A DNA stretch of 64,000 nucleotides. It comes from an uncultured Phycisphaerales bacterium (lineage in GTDB: Bacteria; Planctomycetota; Phycisphaerae; Sedimentisphaerales; Anaerobacaceae). Below, one piece after another: positions 54,753-64,000 of this stretch; within the stretch, counting starts at the first letter, position 1; each line of letters starts with the position of its first letter. The notes below the pieces were generated by a model, which saw nothing but the letters and a program-made list of their open reading frames with translations, did no database searches and was not told the origin of the DNA. Location of the stretch: assembly GCA_963772725.1 (NCBI GenBank), contig CAVYYI010000001.1, forward strand, positions 1-64,000. Reading direction: 5' to 3'. A program made the translations under genes and the position numbers.

Positions 54753-55072
54753 TCATAGTGTTGATATTTTTATAACGCTTAATTATCTGTCGAAGGTAAA
54801 AAAAATGGAAGGACAAATCGCGATTATTAAGGCATCAGTATTCATCTTACTATTACAAAGCTCTTGTAAAGATGTACGACACAGATACACATATCGGCAA
54901 TTTTATTTTCCAATCAGGTTCAGGACGGCTAAATATAATATTTCAGATATCCACCCGGAATGGAGGTGAAAAAAGAAAAGGGTAAAAACTGGAAGAAGAT
55001 ATTGATAATGAATATGCGGCTGGCCTGAGAAAATAAATCTTATAAAATATTTAAAAAAGAAGGAGTTTAAGT

Positions 55073-58000
55073 ATGTATAAAAAACTAATGTTCTTAATGA
55101 TTTTCGCCTCGCTCCTGGCATGGACAGGCAATGTCACTGGAGCGACCTATACCTGGGACCACGGCGGAGCCGATAAGCTCTGGAAAACAGCAGCCAACTG
55201 GTCCACGGACACTTTACCTACAAGCACCGATGATGCGAGAATTCTTGACGTTAGCACGGATAAGCCGGTTATCGATTCGGCACATACCGGCGCCAACGCG
55301 GCAAGGTGCAGCAACTTGCAGATAGGATATAACGCCGGAGAAACAGGTGAAGTCTCAATGACCGGCGGTGAGCTAATCTGTAATAGCAAACTACTGGTCG
55401 GCTACTATGGAAATGGTACTTTCACAATGAGCGGGGGAAGTATTACAACCACACTTTATGATTTGGATATCGGCGCTGCTGTCAGCGGCACAGGAAGCGT
55501 ATTTAATATGAGCGGCGGTACCGTTAACTCGGCAAGATACTTTTATGTTGGTCATCTCAGTACCGGCACCTTTAATATGAGCGGCGGTTTGGTTACGGCT
55601 ACTGGCGCCAATACCATCCTCGGACAGGGTGCCAGCAGCGGCAACTACGGCACAATCAATATCAGTGCCGGCACTATAGACACAACAGGCCAGCTCATCA
55701 GGGTCGGTTACAACACCAGGGGTATTATCAACATGACCGGCGGTAAAATCGAGGCCGGAGATGTGCATATTCCCCATTCTGATTCTTACGCTGGCCATGG
55801 CGATGTAAATTTATACGGCGGATTGATTAATACCGCTGCATTCTGGATGGGCAGCAACGGCTATATGGATATTGCAGGCGGAACGCTCACAATAACAGGT
55901 AATGTCGTATCTACCATCAACACTTATGTTTCGGCAGGCCAAATAGTGGGCTTTGGCGGCAGCGGCACAGTCAACGTAAGCTATGACACACCCGTTGCTG
56001 GCAAGACCACTGTAACGGCGACAAGCACAAAGGCATCCAGCCCAAGTCCTACCGACACTGCCACAAGTGTAGGAGTAACTACTGACCTTAGCTGGTCGGC
56101 AGGCTCAGGCGCGACATCACACGATGTATACCTTGGCACTGTTTGGGCCGATGTGAATAGCGCTACTACTGCCTCGTCTCTATTCAAAGGTAATCAGGCA
56201 GGTACGACTTATGACACAGGTACTATGGCTAATGACACCACTTATTACTGGCGAATTGACGAAGTCAATGCCAGCACCGTCAAGGGTTATGTCTGGAGCT
56301 TTACCACTGTTGTTGCGGCACCCAATAAGGCCACCACTCCAAGCCCGGCTAACAGCGCCACCGGCGTCAGCACAACTGCCGATTTAAGCTGGACGGCAGG
56401 TTCCGGTGCAACATCACACGATGTGTACATGGGTACTGTTGAGGCCGATGTTAATAGCGCAACCACCAGCTCATCGGTATTCAAAGGCAACCAGGGCAGT
56501 ACAACTTATGACCCCGGTACAATGGTTGGTAATAAAACCTATTACTGGCGAATCGACGAGAAAAATGGAGGCGGTACGACCAAAGGCACTGTCTGGAGCT
56601 TTACAACCAGCGCAGGGACACCACCCAACAAAGCTACCGGTCCGGGTCCTGCCGACGTTATTACCGGCGTAACTACAACCACTGATTTAACCTGGACGGC
56701 AGGCTCAGGGGCAACGTCGCACAATGTTTATCTCGGCACCAGCCGAAGTGCCGTTAACAATGCCACTACTGCTTCATCAGAGTACAAAGGCAACCAGGCC
56801 GGCACAACCTACGACACAGGTACAATGAGCAGCAACATAGGCTATTACTGGAGAATCGATGAGAAAAATGGAGCCGGGGCAACCAAGGGCGATGTCTGGT
56901 GCTTTGCTACAACACAGACTGCCAATCTTACGGTTGAGAACAGCGCTTACAAGGTTGTTCAGGCGACAAATCTTAATATGTCCGTAAAAAATAAGGATTC
57001 GAATACAACCTCGGCGTTCACTACCAAGTTCACGGTAATCTATAACGCTACCCAGCCGACACTGTCATCAGCCAGTGATTTGACTGCAACCTGGACATTG
57101 GCTGGAAAAAATCTTTTTGGTACAGGCACAAACACAAACTTGAGTGCAGCCAGTGCAGGCATATTAGACAGCAACCTCGTATGGACATTCACGACACAGA
57201 CTAATTTTGATTTAACCGCCTCACTGGATTTGTCAACTGATTATAACGAGCCTGCTTTGAGATATACTCTAAAGGCCAAGAATGCCGGCTGGTTCATGCT
57301 CGGTTATACCGGCGCTCCCGAAACCGACCCCAATACTATGGAAAAGTTCCATCAGCCAACGATGTGGGATGATAAAGTTATCGCCCCTCCGGACGATAAC
57401 AAGCTTGTTTTCGCGACCGAACCCACATTCTGCCAGGAATATCTCTGCCCGCTTCCTGCGGTTATGACAAGAGATGTTAATGGTGTGGATTGTGCAGTAG
57501 TCGTCAGTCCGGATTATCAGTCATTCCGACTGCCGCATTACAGGAACGTCGAATTCGGCCTTTGCATCAGGAATTTAGACGGCAAGGCCCAGCCGATGAT
57601 TTTCTCACCGGAAATGGGCGCACAGGAAGCGAATCTGCCGACCGATAAGGATTCATATCTGGCAGTGGATGAGACTCACAGCTTTGGTGTCCTGCTGGCG
57701 GTAGATAATTCCGAATGGTACGATTTCTACAAGGGCATAGTCAAAAACATCTTTAAATTCAGGGACCAGCGCGATAACAGCGGGCCAGGTTCTTTGAATA
57801 AATTGCTGGCTAATATAACTGATTACGCAATGGACGCCGACGGCAATAACTACAATATGTGGGACTCCAACCAGAAATGCAACGAGTATTGGACTGACCA
57901 GCCGTATTCATTCAAGGTTCTGGGCGGATTATTTGCAATCAATTCCGCGATAGTTTTGGATGACAACGAGATGTTCTGGTCCCGTTCCCTTCCCCAGGTT

Positions 58001-60941
58001 GAATACTGCATAAGCAGAGAGGAATCGTATTTTCATCCTTACAATTACAACTACAATTTGCAGATGTCGTACGATAACAATATGCTCGGCCCATGGATAA
58101 GCGGACTAGATTTCGGGAACTTTGTACCGGCTCACCGGAGGTCGTACCGGTGCATTTAAGGTCTATTCTAAGGAAAAAGGCCACACCGAATCGCATGGCC
58201 ACTTCCAGCAGTCCCTCGAATGGTATCGTCTCTATGGTGATATTAATGAACTGAACTATGCTGTTGAAGGAGCCGACTCCTGCATAATCAGCCCCTACCG
58301 CATTTGTGATTTTCAGAAGTTCCTGGAGATGTATGAGGAAACCGGAGATCCTAACTATTTAGATACAGCAAAAGTTAATGCATACCATTTTATGACAACT
58401 CTTAATACTTCACCGAGGGTTAAGGATGAAAATTACTTAGTGGATGAAAATAACGAAGCGCCTATACATTTCCAGACCCCGGGCAGGCATGTGTTGTGGG
58501 GGTATCCTCCACCCCAGCATATGTACGCTCCCCAGCAATCGGTACCATCGTGGCGTGTGGCGCTTACCGGTATGCAGGTGGGGACATGGAGGGCATTTAC
58601 GTTCCAGGAATTTCCGGGCGGATTGATGCGTCTAAGCGGATACTTAAATGATGACTTTATGCGTGATATGGCCCGATGGTCAACTGTTGGCAGATGGGCA
58701 AATTACCCGGGCCAGCAGTTCTCGAGGGATTACTCGCTGGTTTATGAGCAGGACGACTTCTGCATGCACCCGCTTGAATATATGACATTTACTTCAATGC
58801 ACTTCTGGCATCACTGGCAGTATATACCCTGGGCGATAGATTTTATGGTCAATGATACAATCGTTAAATCCGACGGCAACATTGATTTCCCGTCTCGAAG
58901 GGTATTTGAGGGCGGCGGCGGCAGCAGGTTTAATATCTGGGGCGACAGGCCCGGAACATTCCACGGCGATAGTAATGTAAAACTGTGGATTCCCAATAAC
59001 CTGCTCACCCTCGGCAGTCAGCAGATTAACTACATTGCTGGTTACGGCAATGGTAAGCTTTATCTTGCCCTGTCGAACCAGTCAGCAAGCCCCCTTACCA
59101 ATATGAGCGTAGCACTCAATTCGAGCAGAGTTGCTTATGGCTCTTCGCATACGGTAAAGGTCTGGAAAGACAACGTTGCTCAATCCGATAAGACCTTATC
59201 TAACGGTACGGTAAACGTCGATGTCTCAGCAAAAGGTCTTACAACCCTGATAATCCAGAATATCCCGGATGCCAACGTTATAACCAGCAAGGTTCATACC
59301 AACCTGTTCAAGCCGGTTTACTCGTTGACCGACAAGAGTCTTGTCAGAGATACTTCAACCGAAACTTTCGGCAGTATGATAGGTATGATTATTTCCTTTG
59401 GTCCTGAGTTGACCGAGGCATATACCTACACTGACGCCAGACCATGTTATTCAAAGAACATTGCCGGCGATACCAACAACGTGAAGATGCTCTACAGGCT
59501 TGACGGTGGTTCATGGCAGTCAACTGCAGTGGACTATGTGTTCCCGTTCGAGTTCTCTGTACAGATTAGTCCGGATATCAACACCTTTGAATATAAATAC
59601 GAAGAAAGAAACGATAGTAACACGCTTACAACTTCGAGCGTATACACATTGACGCTTATACCTTACGAGGCCAGGAGACCAAGTCCTGCACTCGAGGCAA
59701 CAAGTGTATCCACAACCGCTGATTTAAGCTGGCAGGCAGGATACTATGCCGGTTCACACAATGTGTACTTAGGCACATCGGAATCTGCTGTTACTACCGC
59801 TACTACCGCTTCATCAGTTTACAAAGGCAACCAGGCTGGCTCAACTTATGACGCCGGAACAATGGCTGCAAGCACTACCTACTACTGGCGAATTGACGAG
59901 GTCAATACCAGTGACGGCAACAGCCCGTGGCAGGGAAATGTCTGGAGCTTTACTACCGGCACCGGCGGCGGCTCGCCTCCCGGCCAGGCCTCTTCTCCAA
60001 GTCCGTCCAACAGTGCTACAAATGTAAGTGTAACGGCTGATTTGAGCTGGACGGCAGGCTCTGGCGCAACATCGCACGATGTGTACCTCGGAACTGTCGA
60101 AGCTGACGTCAACAGTGCTACTACAGGTTCTTCAGTATTCAAAGGCAACCAGGCAGGCACTACTTATGACACAGGTACTATGACCGGCAACACGACTTAC
60201 TATTGGCGTATTGATGAGAAGAACGCAAGCGGCACGACTAAAGGTACCGTCTGGAGCTTTACTACTGAGAAAGTAACGCCGTCGTATGTCGCGGCAGGAA
60301 GCGTGGCAAACGGCACAGGTGGTATAACACCGGCGCTTCCTTCGGGTATTGCCACAAACGACATCCTGCTTCTGTTCCTCGAGACCGCCAATGAGGCCAT
60401 CTCGATTTCCAATCAGAATGGCGGGACATGGACTGCAGTTACCAACTCTCCGCAGGGTACCGGAACAGCCGCAGGTTCTACTGCTACCAGGCTTACGGTA
60501 TTCTGGTCCCGGTATAACGGCACGCAGGGCGCTCCTACCACATCTGATTCGGGCAACCATCAGCTTGGCAGGATTATAGCCATTCGCGGCGCTGTTACCT
60601 CCGGCAACCCGTGGGATGTTACAGCAGGCGGTACTGAGGCTACGATGGACACCAGCGGCTCTATTGCAGGAGCGACTACAACGGTTGACAAGACTCTTGT
60701 TGTAACTGCCATTGCCACCAGTCACCCTGACGCAAGCAGCACGACAAACTTCTCGAGCTGGACAAACGCCAACCTGGCAAGTCTAACCGAGCGCACCGAC
60801 AATACCACGAACTCAGGCAACGGCGGCGGCCTCGGGATAGCCACAGGCGAGAAGGCAGCATATGGCTCTTACGGCAGCACGACTGTTACATGCGGGTCGA
60901 ATGCGTACAAGGGTATGATGAGCATCGCGATTAAACCTTGA
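55073..60941 (+). CDS. Giant secreted modular protein: beta-helix-like GG repeats, five FN3-like LSWxAG repeats, large uncharacterised catalytic-like core, Thr/Gly-rich C-terminal domain; frameshift near 58120
   Basis: Signal peptide; GTFxMSGG repeats; LSWTAGSGATSHDVY.GT...YYWRIDE..KG.VWSFTT three times before and twice after the core; ORFs 55073-58159 and 58122-60941 join. Confidence 0.8.
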
Positions 60942-60993
60942 TTAGGATAACGTACCAGTAGGTTTTGGTACTAAAAGATGCTTCCTTTTACGG

Positions 60994-61028
60994 CCCGGCG
61001 GCAATGTTTAAGCCGCCGGGTTTTTTTT
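60994..61028 (+). terminator. Intrinsic terminator
   Basis: cccggcggc-aatgtttaa-gccgccggg-T8. Confidence 0.88.
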
Positions 61029-61281
61029 CATCCTTGACGAGTATTATCTTTGGTATTGAAAAAAACAACAAAGAGGCGTGGCGACCGCAATGGACGCACG
61101 CCTTTTTTATCCCGGTTTTCTGATAACAATTCTCTGAACAGCCCATCCCGCTGTTATTCTAAAACAATACTCAAGAAAAGGAGATAGACTTTATCTCAAA
61201 CATAGTATATCAGGTTCATGGATCTGGCAGAATAAAAGGTTTTCCTCGAAAACCTCCGGATGTTCTGAAATAACACCATTA

Positions 61282-62451
61282 CTACAGATAACTTATAAAC
61301 TTTCTCCGATATTGCTGTGGTGTCATTTTCTTAACCGACTGAAAGTAGCGTGCTATATGGTCACTGCTAAGGTATCCCAAGTTGGACGCTATTCTCGATA
61401 CTGACAAATTTGTCTCAAGCAGTAGTTGCTCGATTTGCCTGATTCGGGTTCGTTTGATTTCATCAAACATCGTCCGGCCAAGGGCTTTTAGAAATCGCGA
61501 GCGCAGCGTCTGCCGTGTAACCGCCAATGCTTCGGCGACATCACGAACCTGAATCAACTCTTTGGAATGCTCATGGATAAAACGCATCGCATCGGCAACA
61601 AGACTATCCTCTATTGCCAGAATATCAGTTGACCGTCTGGGTATAACCTGTTCTGGTCTGTCAATTATCCTTTGACCGGCCATTTTTTCTCCATTCATCA
61701 TCCTATCAAGCAATTCTGCGGCTTCATATCCTGCTTTTTCACTATTTAGCGGTATGCTTGAGAGCGGAGGATCCGAAAAACCGCAGACCACTGTGTCGTT
61801 ATCAACGCCGAGAACCGCTATTTCCTCCGGCACATGTAAACCTCCGAATCGACAGGCTTGAGTGATCTCATAGCCTCGGTCATCATTGCAGGCAAAAAGT
61901 GCCACCGGCTTGGGCAGCGACTTTAACCATTTAATCAGGGAAGTTTGTTCATTCACATAAAAATAATTTAAATCTCTTGGCTGTTCGTAAACATACGTAT
62001 GAAAACCCGCCTTTGCAATATGTTCGATAAAGCTCTTCCCGCGGTTCTGCGACCACTCCATATCATCATAACCACAATAAGCAAAGTTCCTAAACCCTCT
62101 ATCGAGAAAATGCTCGGCAGCAAGTTTTGCCGTTCGGACACAATCGGTAACAATTGCGGGAAAGCTGGCAAGTTCCTTCTTGAATGGGGATATAATGGTA
62201 GGCAGACCCCATTTAAGGATTTCGTCGTCTTTTTTGGGTTCACGTATTATAATACCGTCGGCTTTCCAGCTTTTCATATAATTCCAAAGTTTTTTTCTCT
62301 CATTGAGTTTGTGGTGGTAGTGAGTACCACTTCTAAAAAAGAATCTCCACGGCCCGTTCAGGCGAGAATATTGGGAAATTCCGACTAAAAGATTGCGGCC
62401 ATACCCACTCGAACTCTCGACCAGCAATATAACCTTACGAATCTTAGCCAT
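61282..62451 (-). CDS. XylR-type (LacI sensor + AraC HTH) regulator, copy 2, intact
   Basis: YGRNLLVGI, LAAEHFLDRGFRNFAY, LPKPVALFACNDDR, VPEEIAVLGVDND, RRSTD, AraC tail MTPQQYRR. Confidence 0.92.
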   Translation of the reverse strand: MAKIRKVILLVESSSGYGRNLLVGISQYSRLNGPWRFFFRSGTHYHHKLNERKKLWNYMKSWKADGIIIREPKKDDEILKWGLPTIISPFKKELASFPAIVTDCVRTAKLAAEHFLDRGFRNFAYCGYDDMEWSQNRGKSFIEHIAKAGFHTYVYEQPRDLNYFYVNEQTSLIKWLKSLPKPVALFACNDDRGYEITQACRFGGLHVPEEIAVLGVDNDTVVCGFSDPPLSSIPLNSEKAGYEAAELLDRMMNGEKMAGQRIIDRPEQVIPRRSTDILAIEDSLVADAMRFIHEHSKELIQVRDVAEALAVTRQTLRSRFLKALGRTMFDEIKRTRIRQIEQLLLETNLSVSRIASNLGYLSSDHIARYFQSVKKMTPQQYRRKFISYL

Positions 62452-62609
62452 AATTTCTATTATATCATCCACGGCCATTATTACCCAAATCATTATGTTA
62501 AAGTTTGGGTTGTTTGGACTTTCGCTTTTTCTATTGTGAAACGGATAATATTGGAAATTTAGCTGTCTGGCAAGCAGTTAGTTTAAAAATACAACAAAAA
62601 ACCGCTTTC

Positions 62610-62669
62610 CAAAATGGCGGTAAAAAAATTCAAAATGGCGTTTACACAGTCTGATAATATCGCTATAAA
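62610..62669 (+). promoter_or_regulatory. Sigma-70 promoter with tandem activator sites (module 2)
   Basis: CAAAATGGCG at 62610 and 62631 abutting TTTACA-N17-TATAAA. Confidence 0.72.
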
Positions 62670-63004
62670 CAATACCACTGTTACTATTTCTACAATACTT
62701 ATTATCTGTCGAAGGTAAAAAAAATGGAAGGACAAATCGCGATTATTAAGACATCAGTATTCATCTTACTATTACAAAGCTCTTGTAAAGATGTACGACA
62801 CAGATATGCATATCGATAATTTTATTTCAAAATAAGGTTCAGGACAGCCAAATATAATATTTCAGATATCAACCCGGAATGGAGGTGAAAAAAAGGAAAG
62901 GGTAAAAACTGAAAAAAGATATTAATAATGAATATGCGGCTGGCCTGAGAAAATAAGTTTTATAGAACATTTAATGAAAAGTTGTAGAAGGAAGGATTTT
63001 AATT

Positions 63005-64000
63005 ATGTGCAAGAAACTAATGTTATTAATGATTTTTGCCTCGTTGCTGGTTTGGACGGGTAACGCTATTGGAGCGACTCGCACCTGGGACCATGGCGGT
63101 GCAGACAAGCTGTGGAAAACAGCAGCCAACTGGTCTTCGGATACTGCACCGACAAGCGCCGATGACGCGAGGATTCTCGACACCGGCGTGGATAAACCGG
63201 TTATCGATTCAACCCATACTGGTGCCAGTGCGGCAAAGTGCAGCAACCTGCAGATAGGGTATAACACCGGCGAGACGGGTGAAGTTTCAATGACCGGCGG
63301 CAATTTAACCTGTTATAGCAAGCTCCTGGTCGGCTACAGCGGCAATGGAACTTTCACCATGAGCGGAGGCAGCATCTCAATTCCGACGTATGATTTGGAC
63401 ATCGGCGCTGCCGCCGGCGGCACAGGAAGTGAATTTCATATCAGCGGTGGTACAGTTAATATAGCAAGATACCTCTATGTTGGCCACCTCAGCTCCGGTA
63501 CTCTCGATATAAACGGGGGTTCGATTAAAGCTACCAGCTACAATACCATTATCGGGCAGGCCGCATCCGGTACTGGTATAATAGATATCGCAGCAGGTAC
63601 CTTAAACGCAACAGGCCAGCTTATCAGGGTCGGCTATAACACTCAGGGCATAATTCATATGACTGGCGGTAAAATTTTGGCAGGCGATGTGCATATCCCC
63701 TATTCCGATTCTTACAGCGGCCACGGTGACGTGAACCTGTACGGCGGCTCCATTGAAACAGCCCAATTCTGGATGGGCAATAACGGCTATCTGGATATCG
63801 AGGAGGGCAAGCTGATAATAGATGGCGATGTAACCTCAACAATAAACAGCTATGTTTCCGCGGGCAAGATAAGAGGATACGGCGGCGTAGGTACTGTAGA
63901 GGTGACTTATAACACACCTTACGCGGGAAAAACTACTGTACGAGCAACCCAGATAGCTATTGAGAACAGCGTCTATCAGGTTATTCAGCATGCTAACCTT
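63005..64000 (+). CDS. Paralog of the 55073 secreted protein (partial, runs off the window)
   Basis: MCKKLMLLMIFASLLVWTG...TWDHGGADKLWKTAANWS, nearly colinear with 55073-56025; absent from the ORF track because it has no stop in the window. Confidence 0.9.
   Translation, partial: MCKKLMLLMIFASLLVWTGNAIGATRTWDHGGADKLWKTAANWSSDTAPTSADDARILDTGVDKPVIDSTHTGASAAKCSNLQIGYNTGETGEVSMTGGNLTCYSKLLVGYSGNGTFTMSGGSISIPTYDLDIGAAAGGTGSEFHISGGTVNIARYLYVGHLSSGTLDINGGSIKATSYNTIIGQAASGTGIIDIAAGTLNATGQLIRVGYNTQGIIHMTGGKILAGDVHIPYSDSYSGHGDVNLYGGSIETAQFWMGNNGYLDIEEGKLIIDGDVTSTINSYVSAGKIRGYGGVGTVEVTYNTPYAGKTTVRATQIAIENSVYQVIQHANL

Overview
Bacterial chromosomal window, most consistent with a Planctomycetota (Phycisphaerae/Sedimentisphaerales-like) genome. 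This is inferred from the PEP-CTERM protein, dockerin/GEVED-tailed secreted proteins, XylR-type regulators and characteristic intergenic heptamer repeats. Housekeeping genes make up most of it: hpf-PTS(Ntr), hisI, rimO-pgsA, thiFSGH under a TPP riboswitch, dnaE, rpoN, ffs-dnaX-recR, proC, tRNA-Cys, purC, an M16 peptidase pair, rsmE, an NtrC-type regulator and dapF. Accessory blocks interrupt them: (i) a DUF5131/TcmP pair facing a degraded DUF6884 + HhH-GPD Fe-S pair, (ii) very large modular secreted proteins, (iii) a type II R-M cassette between SRP RNA and dnaX, (iv) complete IS66, IS630 and IS21 elements with visible target duplications plus an orphan IS66 end, (v) a repeat-rich island with a non-coding 21-bp-period palindromic array upstream of a helical-bundle/FN3 gene, and (vi) a tandem of XylR-regulator + giant secreted enzyme modules with duplicated operator, promoter and leader. 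Many single-base frameshifts, including in essential genes, point to long-read indel errors, so split ORFs are reported as single genes. Family names come from motif recognition only; no searches were run.
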